DNA of 64,000 nucleotides from Savitreella phatthalungensis (lineage: Eukaryota): NCBI GenBank assembly GCA_051599415.1, contig AP039708.1, positions 62,001 through 126,000 of the forward strand, in the 5' to 3' direction. Positions 12,571-22,910 of the stretch are shown one piece after another. Under the pieces are notes generated by a model, which had not been told where the DNA came from, searched no databases, and saw nothing but the letters and a program-made list of their open reading frames with translations. Position numbers and translations under genes: made by a program. The stretch's first letter is position 1. Each line of letters opens with the position of its first letter.

Positions 12571-14142
12571 ATGCGGATACAGCGGTCGCATTCGCAAAGC
12601 CTACAGCTAGAAACAATCCAGGTAAACAAGAACGCCATTCGGGTAGATGGTCACGATGAGGAGGCACTCAGCTCCACGACCACACCAACAGAGCCGCGCA
12701 GAGAAACCACGAGCCACGAGAAAGACGTTGTGAAAGACATCAGATACGTCGAGTGGGAGGCAAATGATCCAGAAAATCCGTTCAATTGGCCAGCCAGACG
12801 GAAAGCGATCATCTCAAGTGTCACAATCATCATGACCCTGTTTGTGGCCTCGTCAGCCGTCTGCTTCTCCTGGATTATCCCATCAATGGAGCGCGATTTC
12901 AATGTTTCACGGATCGTTGCCACAATTGGACAGGTGCTATTCACCGTTGGATTCGCGATCGCCCCAATGGCGCTGGCCCCATTGAGCGAGGTGTACGGAC
13001 GGAATTCAGTCTACTATTCGACGTATGGCCTCTTTGTACTCCTCTTCATCCCGCTGGCCTTGTCACCGAGCTTCGCTGGCTTGCTCGTCCTCCGCCTCCT
13101 CTCCGGCATTTTCTCGTCCACCGGCTCTACCATGGTCGGTGGCACCTTGTCAGACATGTACATCTCTCAAGAGCGTGGCCGTCCCATGGCACTCTTCTCA
13201 TCCGTCACTCTCTTCGGCACGGCTTTTGGATCAATCGTGTCGGCCTACACGACGCAGAACCCAAAACTCGGCTGGCGCTGGGTCTTCTGGATTCAACTAA
13301 TCGTCAACGCCGTGCTGTTCGTCGTGCTCGCCGTCGTGCTTCGAGAGACACGAGGGACAGTGCTACTGTCTCGGCGCGCAGCAATGTTGCGGAAGAAAAC
13401 AGGGGATTCCCGCTACATGGCTCGTGCAGAACTCGAGCGTCAGTCCCTGTCAATCCTGATTCGACACAGTCTGACACGGCCGTTTCGTTTTCTTTTCACG
13501 GAACCCACCATCATGGCGTTCTCTGTATGGGTATCTTTCGTCTGGGGAGTACTGTATCTATTTCTCGCAGCGATCCCGATCGTTTTCACGCAAGTCTACG
13601 GCGCTACAGCAGCATCGTCATCGTTGGGTTTCCTAGGCATGGTCGTTGGCACGACAATTGGTGTCGGTCTTGTACCTTTCCTCGATGGCCTGTACAATAA
13701 ATCGGCAATCAAGCAGCCTGGAGGACAGCCACGACCCGAGGCCCGCCTGTACGGATCGATGGTGGCATCGCCCTTGTTCGCAGTGGGAATGCTAATGTTT
13801 GGATGGTTGGCGTACCCGCGTATTCACTGGGTTGGCGTTGAGGTTGGCGTGGCTTTAGCATCGTTCGGCATTTTTGCCATCTACCTTGCCGTCTTCAACT
13901 ACATTGCAGACAACTACGGCACCTACGCCTCGTCCGCCCTGGCAGCCCAGTCCTTCCTGCGCAATATGTTCGCCTCATTCTTCCCACTCTTCAGTCATCA
14001 GATGTACGAATCACTGGGAGTCCACTGGGCATCGACCGTTCTGGGGCTCACTGGAGTCCTTCTCACAGCCGTGCCCTACATCCTGTTCTTCTACGGACCA
14101 GCCATCCGAGCCCGCTCCAAGTATGTCCTTTCAGATGCCTGA
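12571..14142 (+). CDS. MFS drug:H+ antiporter-1 (DHA1) family transporter
   Basis: 523 aa with WEANDPENPFNWP, APLSEVYGR, GWRWVFW, PRPEARL and YASSALAAQSFLRN. Confidence 0.93.
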   Translation: MRIQRSHSQSLQLETIQVNKNAIRVDGHDEEALSSTTTPTEPRRETTSHEKDVVKDIRYVEWEANDPENPFNWPARRKAIISSVTIIMTLFVASSAVCFSWIIPSMERDFNVSRIVATIGQVLFTVGFAIAPMALAPLSEVYGRNSVYYSTYGLFVLLFIPLALSPSFAGLLVLRLLSGIFSSTGSTMVGGTLSDMYISQERGRPMALFSSVTLFGTAFGSIVSAYTTQNPKLGWRWVFWIQLIVNAVLFVVLAVVLRETRGTVLLSRRAAMLRKKTGDSRYMARAELERQSLSILIRHSLTRPFRFLFTEPTIMAFSVWVSFVWGVLYLFLAAIPIVFTQVYGATAASSSLGFLGMVVGTTIGVGLVPFLDGLYNKSAIKQPGGQPRPEARLYGSMVASPLFAVGMLMFGWLAYPRIHWVGVEVGVALASFGIFAIYLAVFNYIADNYGTYASSALAAQSFLRNMFASFFPLFSHQMYESLGVHWASTVLGLTGVLLTAVPYILFFYGPAIRARSKYVLSDA

Positions 14143-14240
14143 CATGCTTTCATGCATATAGAGAAACAATGCAGGCAGACAGCAGACCCTGTAGATTACC
14201 ATGTATATTAAAGTACAATTCATGTCATGCCCCCGTGTCG

Positions 14241-14777
14241 TTAAATACCAAAGTCTGACAAGTCGAGTCCGCGTTTAGGTTTTGGCGTGTCTGATGAGCT
14301 CGTCGTGCTCTTGCTCAATAATCCAAGTCTCCTAGCACGTTGGCGATCGCGAGATCGTGCGTTGTTGGCTGCAGCATTGGCAGAAGAAGCTTTGGACGAC
14401 GGTTCTCCTAGTGGTCGACTTTCTCCGACACCAAATGACGCAGTTTGCGCCTGCATCACTCCAGATCTTTTTGCTATCTTTCCCGGCTGCCGCTTCTTCT
14501 CTACTTTCACTCTCCTTCTGCAAAATGTGCACCTCACTACCCGCGAGCGCAGACGTCCTGCACTCAGCCTCTCACCGCACGCCCTACACCATTCGGAAAG
14601 ATCAAGTGTTGAATCTCTGGAACCCGAGTCTAGGAGCACGCCTGTCTGAGTAGCTCTTGAGATAGCTCGGTCGCCAAGATGCCTTCCCACGGAGCGGCTG
14701 CGTGATAACCCCGAGCCACAAGATAGGAGCTCACTAGCTCTTTTGAGGTAATCTATCTCCAGCGCTACATCATCCAT
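14241..14777 (-). CDS. RNase P/MRP Rpr2/Rpp21/Snm1-like zinc-ribbon subunit
   Basis: 178 aa; N-terminal IDYLKRASELL, two CxxC pairs (CRACG, CTFCR), and a basic tail ending GLDLSDF. Confidence 0.65.
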   Translation of the reverse strand: MDDVALEIDYLKRASELLSCGSGLSRSRSVGRHLGDRAISRATQTGVLLDSGSRDSTLDLSEWCRACGERLSAGRLRSRVVRCTFCRRRVKVEKKRQPGKIAKRSGVMQAQTASFGVGESRPLGEPSSKASSANAAANNARSRDRQRARRLGLLSKSTTSSSDTPKPKRGLDLSDFGI

Positions 14778-15291
14778 CGTCCATGAGCAACGTCGACAAG
14801 ATCGTCCTAATTAGACCTTGTGTGCATTCAACGAGCATGTGAAGAACATATGATGTGGAATGCCAAGAGCTTTTTGTCCTGTTCCTACAGTACTTCCTAC
14901 CTATAGATTAAGTCTAACTCAGCCTCCCACCTGTCCAAAACTCATTTGGCATCGAGAACAATTCGAAACTATCAGAATCTAGTGATCGATGACGTGGATC
15001 AACTGAAAATTAAGAAAGTTTGCAAAAGTTCTAAGCTTTTCATTTAACTTTTGTACGAAACTCTCAGATCTAAATTAGATGCGCATGATGATCGCGATAC
15101 GTACTGTATCTCCACAGCCAAGAGATCGGTGTAGACGAGACTCCCGGCCGGTGAGCCAAGATCCTCCACCAAGCGACGACAAACTTACAGCTCAAACGAT
15201 TCTGTGGTCAGACCTGCTCCACTACAGTCTTCTTAATCTGAGATCCATCGGCGAGTCGTTCCCTCGGTAGATTCTTCTCGCGCCTCCACAG

Positions 15292-16527
15292 ATGTCGTGG
15301 AAAGGATTCACAAAGGCGGTTGCCCGCGCGCCTCACACCATGAAGGGTAAAGTTGGTATGGGCGAACATACAAAGGACGCAGTCTACATCGATGCAGACC
15401 GTCGTTTCAAGGAACTCGAGACAGAGACAAAGCGTTTGCATGAAGATGCGAAGAAGTACTCACAAGCTGTCAACGGCATGCTCGACCACCAAGTCCAATT
15501 CGCTGAAGCAGTCAAGGACATATATAAGCCAATCTCAGGTCGCATGTCGGACGCCTCTACTCTCGTGCCGGAAGGTAATCCAGAAGGTATCGAAGCGTGC
15601 GAACAGTATCAAGAGATTGTCAGAGAGCTCAAGGAGACGTTGGCCCCAGAGCTAGAAATGATCGAGACACGAATCGTCCTCCCTGCTCAGGAGCTCCTCG
15701 AGATCTTCAAGCAAGTGAAGAAAGTGATGACGAAGAACGAGCACAAATTGGTGGATTACGACCGGCATCGCGCAACACTGAAGAAGTTGCAGGACAAGAA
15801 GGAGAAGACGCTGAAGGACGAGAAGGCGTTGTACAGGGCAGAAGCTGACGTCGAGGCGTCAACACAGGAGTACGAATACTATAATGAGATGCTGAAGGAA
15901 GAACTACCGAAGCTCTTTGCGCTCGAGTCAGAGTTCATCCGCCCACTCTTCCAAAATCTCTACTACATGCAGCTCAACATCTTCTACACCCTAAATGAGC
16001 GGATGGCGCGTTGCGATATCCCTTACTTCCAGCTCGACCGCGACATAGTCGAAGCCTTCACAGAGAAGCGCGGAGACGTGCAGGAACAGGCGGAGAAGAT
16101 CCCAGTTGTCAAATTCAAGCTTGCCAAGCCACCGTCGCGTTTCGAGCGCCCTGGAACAGCAGGATCAAAGAAAGCTGGAGAAGCACGTGCGTCGTCGGAC
16201 GCTCAGTCAGAAGATCTGCCGGCATATACACCGGTGGGCGCGGGAGCGGCGTCATCGTCCGCAGCGGTCGGCAGGACGTCATCCGTCACCGGCAAGAAGC
16301 CACCACCTCCGCCACCATCGAAGCCGTCAGCTCTAGCAAAGAAGAAGGAGGTAGCAAGGGCGTTGTACGACTACACTGCGCAGGCCGACGGCGACCTCTC
16401 TTTCAAAGCCGGCGACGCGATCGAAGTTGTGCAGCGCACAGATTCAGAGAACGACTGGTGGACAGGCAAACTGAACGGTGTCCAAGGAGTCTTCCCTGGC
16501 AACTACGTCCAGCTAGAACTACAGTAA
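15292..16527 (+). CDS. RVS167: Amphiphysin-like N-BAR + SH3 protein (Rvs167/Hob1)
   Basis: Starts MSWKGFTKAVARAP; BAR domain (KLVDYDRH, LKEELPKLF); C-terminal SH3 ALYDY...WWTG...GVFPGNYV. Confidence 0.96.
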   Translation: MSWKGFTKAVARAPHTMKGKVGMGEHTKDAVYIDADRRFKELETETKRLHEDAKKYSQAVNGMLDHQVQFAEAVKDIYKPISGRMSDASTLVPEGNPEGIEACEQYQEIVRELKETLAPELEMIETRIVLPAQELLEIFKQVKKVMTKNEHKLVDYDRHRATLKKLQDKKEKTLKDEKALYRAEADVEASTQEYEYYNEMLKEELPKLFALESEFIRPLFQNLYYMQLNIFYTLNERMARCDIPYFQLDRDIVEAFTEKRGDVQEQAEKIPVVKFKLAKPPSRFERPGTAGSKKAGEARASSDAQSEDLPAYTPVGAGAASSSAAVGRTSSVTGKKPPPPPPSKPSALAKKKEVARALYDYTAQADGDLSFKAGDAIEVVQRTDSENDWWTGKLNGVQGVFPGNYVQLELQ

Positions 16528-16680
16528 GCTTCAGGACACGGCCACGCAGATCGGAAATAATGATATGCCTCCATTGTATTTACCTACGATTGTCCCGCCG
16601 ATCTCTGTACAGCCCAAAGTTGGTCTGCTGATTGCATACCCTGTCGTGTCATTGTCTCGTCGTCCATCCGTCCAGGCGGG

Positions 16681-17148
16681 CTACAGCTGCTGTCCGAGGA
16701 ACTGAGTGAGGGCAATATCAGCGACGATGCGCCTCATCAACCCTGGATTAGCCGGGTCGTCGTAGGCGAAGGTTTCATGAACGTGTGCCCTGGCGAGATT
16801 GACGCCTACACCGACATCCAAGCCGAAGTCAGCAATGACGACACCGCTGCCATTGACGGCGTACGTGTCGTTCTCAACCGCTCTGATCACCAGGTACTGG
16901 GGACCGTACTTGAGATCCCGGCGGAGCTGAACACCCGAGTAACCAGTCTGGATTCCAGCCTCGACGCGCGTGCAGTTCGGGTGGAAGGGCACATCAGAAG
17001 GATCGTGAGTAGCCAAGGCCTGCACGTAAGCCCTCGCGCCAGCAATCTTGCACCCATCGTCACACGACCCAGCCGTCGGAGCACCAGCTGCAGAAAACGT
17101 TGTGAAGGCCAACAGGCCGAGTAAAGTGGATGGCAATGAAGACAACAT
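16681..17148 (-). CDS. Small secreted protein with SnoaL/NTF2-like features
   Basis: 155 aa intronless ORF; hydrophobic signal peptide, CDDGC, and ARAYVQALATHDPSDVPFHPNCTRVEAG; TATAA-like element upstream (about 17190-17194). Confidence 0.75.
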   Translation of the reverse strand: MLSSLPSTLLGLLAFTTFSAAGAPTAGSCDDGCKIAGARAYVQALATHDPSDVPFHPNCTRVEAGIQTGYSGVQLRRDLKYGPQYLVIRAVENDTYAVNGSGVVIADFGLDVGVGVNLARAHVHETFAYDDPANPGLMRRIVADIALTQFLGQQL

Positions 17149-18350
17149 GCTGTCACAATGGGACGCTGGATCAGGGAGATCCGCCGTCCTTATACACTAG
17201 AACAGACCTGTCATGATCGACACTTGAGGACTGGGGTAAAGTTGACAAGGACTTAGGTCTGCGGATCCACCAGCGGGGAAAGAGCTTAACGGGATCTATC
17301 TGGTTCGCAATTATCTACCATATTGGGGAGGAGATCTGCACCTGTCAAAAAAGCAAGGGAGCCGCCGAGAAGCCTTAAGCTCAAGAGCTCACGTGTACAC
17401 ATTAGCCACTCTCAGCCACATTCACCCCATCCTGTGTCTACGGGAGTGTTTTTGATCCAGAGCTCTATTGAGCGTGAAGCGGGATATATGGTGGGAGGGG
17501 TCATAGCCGCTTTCGCTACATAAGCTACATTCAGGATTCTAGGACGCAGGAGACAATCGGGATTTGCGTCATTGCTCCGATCAAGGGATGAACTTGGCGC
17601 GGAAGAAATTGGTCATTTGGGCAGCGAGGATAGAAATCGCATATCTATTTATGGAACGGGAAATAGCCGCTCTCACCAGCCTCGGTTTACAATTCAGATT
17701 TGTCCGAGTTCATTCTGACACAGCTGAGATAGTCCTGAATTTTCAAGGATGGAATACTCGACCGTGATAGATCTCAGTTTGATCGGAACCCTATCTAACC
17801 AAAACCATTCACCTCGGGTTGATTCATCCCGTTAGAGGTGAAATCCAGGTGTGATTGAGGATGCTTGTAGGCGGGTCAAACGCTGAAATTCTAATTCCGA
17901 CTCCAAAACACCTTCGCATATGTGTACTGACTCTGATCAGACTCGAGATTTCCCTCGCTTGATTTAGACTGATTAGATTCAGATAAACTAGTAATCAAGC
18001 GGACAGATTGTTTGACTTTGGTTAGACTGTGTGAATAGGCAGACTTCAATTCAACCGGATGATCGAATGGATTATTTGCTTGGATTCAACCATTATCCGA
18101 TCATCTACCACCACAACCATAGAATCCCGCTTCACACTACACAGTAACAATATCCAGTCTCCATGGGAGAATATGCTCCTTAATCCCTCTGGCTGGAGAT
18201 TCAAATCTTCCGCTCACACTCTCTCTCTTACTTGATTTGCTCCTTGACTTGCTCTCGGTAAGGGACGGTAGGCTGTCGTGTAAGCATCTCAATCTGGATC
18301 TCAAATCTACAATTTTTGTTTCAACTCTGGCTGAATTGGAAACACACATG

Positions 18351-18361
18351 CAGCCGCAGCA

Positions 18362-18398
<37 letters not shown>

Positions 18399-18404
18399 CA
18401 GCAA
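18351..18404 (+). repeat. Imperfect (CAG)n microsatellite followed by a CA-rich tract
   Basis: cagccgcagcagcaacagcagcag...caggagcagcaa, directly visible. Confidence 0.9.
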
Positions 18405-18677
18405 TCAACCACACACACACACACACACAACCAACTAAGTATCTTCCTCCTCACTCCTGCGTTCACTACCCTACGCAATCCATACACTCACACACTCTCA
18501 CTCACTCCATCCCCTCTACACACCTACACACCCATACTCACTCTCACACCCACAGACACATCCTTACAACAAACATCAATCCACAGCACAACTCTCTAGA
18601 CCAGATCTCTTAGAACGTCGTTGAACTCATTCACCGGCATTCAAGCTACTTAAATCTTCTGCAAACCAAAAAAAAAG

Positions 18678-18746
18678 GTTCGTCCAGGATAACTCTTCAT
18701 CTCATCGCCATCGCTGATTGAGCACATACTGACCTCTATCTCACAG
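18678..18746 (+). other. Putative 5'-leader intron of INO1
   Basis: AAG|GTTCGT donor, TACTGAC branch point at 18727-18733 and CACAG acceptor; the 69 nt length matches other introns in the window. Confidence 0.7.
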
Positions 18747-18765
18747 TCAATCCTACTCTCCATCC

Positions 18766-18876
18766 ACGGAGAAGGTGCCCACCACGTTTTCCACACATCT
18801 GCCTAGCTCGCACCACCCTTTCAACTCTACAAAGACTGCCAACACGGGCGGTAATCAACTTCCAGCAACAAAGTAA
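18766..18876 (+). promoter_or_regulatory. Candidate non-AUG (ACG) uORF in the INO1 leader, 36 aa (M)EKVPTTFSTHLPSSHHPFNSTKTANTGGNQLPATK
   Basis: ACG GAG at 18766 opens a frame that ends at TAA 18874-18876, 15 nt before the INO1 ATG and in frame with it. There is no AUG in this leader exon. Confidence 0.45.
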
Positions 18877-18891
18877 TTCGATTTGATCATC

Positions 18892-20496
18892 ATGGCTCCT
18901 CACGCTACAAACACCGAATCTCCTTTCGCAGGAACCTCTTCCAGCAGCGCCAATGCTGGACCCAAGATCGTCGTCAAGACTGACAAGTCTCACATCGACG
19001 CAGCCGGTAACATCATCACCGACTACACATACGACAATGCCGTCGTCAAGCAGGTCGGTGACAAGTACGAGGTTACTCCTACCCAGTCCAAGTTCACCTT
19101 CAAGACCGACACCAAGGTTCCCCGCACCGGTCTCATGATGGTCGGTCTCGGTGGCAACAACGGTAGCACCATGACTGCCGTCGTCCACGCCAACCGCCGC
19201 AACCTCGAGTTCAACACCCGTCGTGGACCAGTCAAGTCCAACTACTACGGATCCGTCACTCAGGCTGCCACCGTCAAGATCGGTGTCGATGACAAGGGTG
19301 ACGACTTCTACGTCCCCTTCAACCACGTTCTCCCCATGGTTGACCCCTCTGACCTCGTCATCGGCGGTTGGGACATCAACAACGCCAACCTGGCCGAGGC
19401 CATGTCACGTGCTCAGGTGCTTGAGTACGACCTTCAGCGTCAGCTGCAGAAGGAGCTCTCCCAGTACACTCCACTCCCTTCCATCTACTACCCTGACTTC
19501 ATCGCCGCAAACCAGGGCGAGCGCGCCAACAACCTCATCCCAGGTGATGACAAGTGGGCTCACGTCGAGCACATCCGTAAGGACATCCGCGAGTTCAAGG
19601 AGCGCAACATCCTCGAGAAGGTCATTGTCGTCTGGACCGCCAACACGGAGCGTTACGCCGACATTGTTGCCGGCGTCAACGACACCTCTGACAACCTCCT
19701 CAAGTCTATCAAGGCTTCCCATGCCGAGATTGCGCCCTCGACCATTTTCGCCGTCGCATGTATTCTTGAGAAGACTCCCTTCATCAACGGTGCTCCACAG
19801 AACACCTTTGTGCCCGGAACCATCAAGCTCGCTGAGGAGCACAACACCTTCATCGGTGGCGACGACTTCAAGTCAGGCCAGACCAAGCTCAAGTCCGTCC
19901 TCGCCCAGTTCCTCGTCGATGCTGGTATCCGCCCGGTCTCGATCGCCTCGTACAACCACCTTGGCAACAACGACGGTTACAATTTGTCTGCTCCGCAGCA
20001 GTTCCGCTCGAAGGAGATTTCCAAGGCCTCTGTCGTCGACGACATCATTGCCTCCAACCAGCTTCTCTACAACGAGGAGAAGGGCAAGAAGATCGACCAC
20101 TGCATCGTCATCAAGTACCTCAAGGCTGTCGGCGACACGAAGATCGCCATGGACTCCTACGAGTCGGAAATCCTCATGGGCGGCCGTAACACCATCACGG
20201 TCAATACCGTATGCGAGGACTCTCTCCTGGCCACACCGCTCATCATCGACCTCGTCGTCATGGCCGAGCTCTTCTCACGCGTCCAGTACAAGCTAGAGGG
20301 CGAGTCTGACTTCTCCAACTTCCACGCCATTCTTACCGTGCTCTCCTACTGGCTCAAGGCTCCTCTCCACCGCGAGGAGCGCGTTGCCATCAACGGTCTC
20401 AACAAGCAGCGTGCTGCCATCGAGAACCTCATGCGCGCTTTCCTTGGCATTGGACCCAACAACGAGATGCGCCTGGAGACCATCCTCTCCCAGTGA
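18892..20496 (+). CDS. INO1: Myo-inositol-3-phosphate synthase
   Basis: [50 protein letters not shown] and [14 protein letters not shown]; strong C-ending codon bias; first ATG at 18892. Confidence 0.98.
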   Translation: MAPHATNTESPFAGTSSSSANAGPKIVVKTDKSHIDAAGNIITDYTYDNAVVKQVGDKYEVTPTQSKFTFKTDTKVPRTGLMMVGLGGNNGSTMTAVVHANRRNLEFNTRRGPVKSNYYGSVTQAATVKIGVDDKGDDFYVPFNHVLPMVDPSDLVIGGWDINNANLAEAMSRAQVLEYDLQRQLQKELSQYTPLPSIYYPDFIAANQGERANNLIPGDDKWAHVEHIRKDIREFKERNILEKVIVVWTANTERYADIVAGVNDTSDNLLKSIKASHAEIAPSTIFAVACILEKTPFINGAPQNTFVPGTIKLAEEHNTFIGGDDFKSGQTKLKSVLAQFLVDAGIRPVSIASYNHLGNNDGYNLSAPQQFRSKEISKASVVDDIIASNQLLYNEEKGKKIDHCIVIKYLKAVGDTKIAMDSYESEILMGGRNTITVNTVCEDSLLATPLIIDLVVMAELFSRVQYKLEGESDFSNFHAILTVLSYWLKAPLHREERVAINGLNKQRAAIENLMRAFLGIGPNNEMRLETILSQ

Positions 20497-20741
20497 ACTC
20501 GTTTCTCCATCCCGCTGAATAGAAAATAACTCCAAAAAAAGATCCAGTGACAAGTTAGTATTAGTCTAGCTAAGAGCATCTTGTTGCCGGTACTCGATCT
20601 TTGCTCTCCAAAATTCTTGCATTGTCTTCGTCCTGCAGTCCAGAAGCGTAACGGGTGTTGTCTCCACAATTTATCCGGAACGGTGCCTGTGAGCAACACA
20701 AGAGATTGATCGGACGCCATTTTTTGTGTGCTTGTTGAGTC

Positions 20742-22301
20742 ATGCCTCTTGTCATCCTGAGTGGCTTGCCCTGCTCGGGTAAGACGACGCTAGCAGAGCG
20801 GTTCAAAGAGGACATCGAACGGCGGATAGCCCGACGGGACTCACTCCAAGATGCTAGCACACAGACACCACCCACATCACGACCTGCCAAATCGACCGTC
20901 CAGCGTGTCGTCCTGGTCAATGACGCTTCTCTCCATCTGCGCAAATCAGAGTACGATGCGACATTTCGCGAGAAGAATGCGCGGGCGGCGCTGATCTCTG
21001 CAGTCTCGCGCTCCATCTCGAGAGACACGATCGTGGTCGTGGACGCAATGAACTATGTCAAGGGATTCCGGTACCAGCTATTCTGCGAGGCCAAGGCCAT
21101 GTCGACACCCTGCTGCTGTGTCCACATCGGTTGCCCTGATGACACATGCCGCTCATGGAACCTTTCGCGGCCGGCAGACCAGGCTTACCCTACAAAAGTG
21201 TTTGAGGAGCTGCTGATGCGATTCGAGGAGCCAAATGCGTCATCCCGATGGGACTCACCACTGTACACTGTCTTCTCGCCCGATCTAGACGCCCGCATTC
21301 CAACACGCGCACTCTGCGCGCACATCGCCCCCGACCTCGTCTTTGATGACGCTCACGAAGCCGATCTCCCAGACTTTGTCCCCGACTTCCTCGACAGCGG
21401 CGACCACGATCTCGCAGACGATAACGCCTCCACAATCCCATCGCTAGCACACCGCCTCGCTCAAGCCAACCTGGAACCGCCAACACACACACACGTCCCT
21501 CTACCGTCCGCAGTCCCACGAGGCGCGATGCTCGATGGCGATGACGACAGTAGCTCGGCCACGGACGTCAGCAGCTTAGCCGGTGGACGGTCGTCTGATG
21601 GTGAGGATGATGACAACGAGGAGGACGACGCGGAAGGTGATCGGGACGAGGTGGGTTCGCTCGCTCCAGCACACGCACACGGCACGCCATCGCGGTTCCA
21701 GCGGCGTGGTGTGGGTGGCGGCGTCCGTTCGGCTCGCGGGTCGGTCACGTCGACGGGGTCATCGAGATCGATGGCTTCTGTGCGTAGTACGACGACGTCG
21801 ATGGCCGCCGATCGAGCAAAAAAGCTAGCAGCAGGCATCGCAGGCGACGCCAAACCAAACGGCGCCACCGTCCTCCTCAAACCAAAACCCCAAGACTACC
21901 TGTTCAAACTAGACAAGGCACTGTCGTCTGTTATCTCCACAGTCGCAGCTGCCATCGCAGCGAAGGAATCTCACGTCGACATTGATTGCTCATTAGATGG
22001 GGTGACTATGGCAGGGGAGTCTGGAGTCGAGAGCCCACACAGCGTGAAGCTCTCACTGCTAGATGAGGCCGGGAGGGAGCCATTGGCGCAGGCGAACGTC
22101 AAGTTCAGAACGCGGTCAGGCGCGGTCTCTGAACTGCTCCGACTCAAGCGCGCTTTCCTCAGCATTCACCGCAACGTCAACACGGTCGCGAGCGCCGGAC
22201 GGTCGCAGGATCAGGACGGCCTCGCCTCTTCACACGCCGGAATCGATACTCGGAAGACGTTGTTCGTCGAGTATCTGGGATCCCGCCTGCCGTTTGTGTA
22301 G
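20742..22301 (+). CDS. KTI12: Kti12 (Elongator-associated PSTK-like P-loop protein)
   Basis: MPLVILSGLPCSGKTT P-loop, NYVKGFRYQLFCEAK and RFEEPN..SRWDSPL; C-terminal LLRLKRAFL...FVEYL. Confidence 0.93.
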   Translation: MPLVILSGLPCSGKTTLAERFKEDIERRIARRDSLQDASTQTPPTSRPAKSTVQRVVLVNDASLHLRKSEYDATFREKNARAALISAVSRSISRDTIVVVDAMNYVKGFRYQLFCEAKAMSTPCCCVHIGCPDDTCRSWNLSRPADQAYPTKVFEELLMRFEEPNASSRWDSPLYTVFSPDLDARIPTRALCAHIAPDLVFDDAHEADLPDFVPDFLDSGDHDLADDNASTIPSLAHRLAQANLEPPTHTHVPLPSAVPRGAMLDGDDDSSSATDVSSLAGGRSSDGEDDDNEEDDAEGDRDEVGSLAPAHAHGTPSRFQRRGVGGGVRSARGSVTSTGSSRSMASVRSTTTSMAADRAKKLAAGIAGDAKPNGATVLLKPKPQDYLFKLDKALSSVISTVAAAIAAKESHVDIDCSLDGVTMAGESGVESPHSVKLSLLDEAGREPLAQANVKFRTRSGAVSELLRLKRAFLSIHRNVNTVASAGRSQDQDGLASSHAGIDTRKTLFVEYLGSRLPFV

Positions 22302-22349
22302 TCGACCGGCTAGATAGTATATACATCCTGATGTGCAGGAAAACCGGAC

Positions 22350-22910
22350 CTATCTGGTGTACTCTGCCAGAATTTGACCGATCCCTTGCTCCTCAGCCTC
22401 GACTTCCTCCATGGCGTCCTGCTGTGCCATAGCTCTAAGGACAGTCCTCCTCGATGACTCGAGCATCTCGCCTGAGCAGAGTAACTCATCAAGCACGTAG
22501 TACGCCCTCTGGAAGTTAAAGATGAGATCGAGCTCGCAAACGTTCCCAAAATACTTATCCAGCGACTCGACGTACCTATGCATCACCTCCAGCACCTCCA
22601 ATTCATTCAACCCTGCACCCACCGCCCCTACACCACCACCACCGCTCACCTCCTCATCCTCCTCGTCCCCAACCTTCACCCGTCCGGCCGACGACACACC
22701 GCAGACGAAGAAGAGGGATGCGTACCTGCGGTAGACGATCTTGGTGTCTTCCTTGTACTCGATGAAGTTGCACATCTTCTGACGGCGAGCGAGCACTAGC
22801 TGCGTGACCTCCTTCACGATCTTCGACTTCCGCGACAGCGATAGCGTCACAAACCATTTAGTCAGCCGCACTTTACCCTGCCGGGAAATCAGCAGCAGGT
22901 ACTCGATCAT
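22350..22910 (-). CDS. APS1: AP-1 clathrin adaptor sigma subunit
   Basis: MIEYLLLISRQGKVRLTKWF, YRRYASLFF and HRYVESLDKYFGNVCELDLIFNF; first ATG at 22910. Confidence 0.93.
   Translation of the reverse strand: MIEYLLLISRQGKVRLTKWFVTLSLSRKSKIVKEVTQLVLARRQKMCNFIEYKEDTKIVYRRYASLFFVCGVSSAGRVKVGDEEDEEVSGGGGVGAVGAGLNELEVLEVMHRYVESLDKYFGNVCELDLIFNFQRAYYVLDELLCSGEMLESSRRTVLRAMAQQDAMEEVEAEEQGIGQILAEYTR

Noticed and set aside
17808..17842. Hairpin TTCACCTC...GAGGTGAA in the INO1 upstream region
   Set aside because: A short imperfect inverted repeat expected by chance; no ncRNA family features
19223..20296. 357-aa alternative-frame ORF and antisense ORFs inside INO1
   Set aside because: The Ser/Thr/Pro/Arg-rich translation is the expected shadow of strong C-ending codon bias in a highly expressed gene
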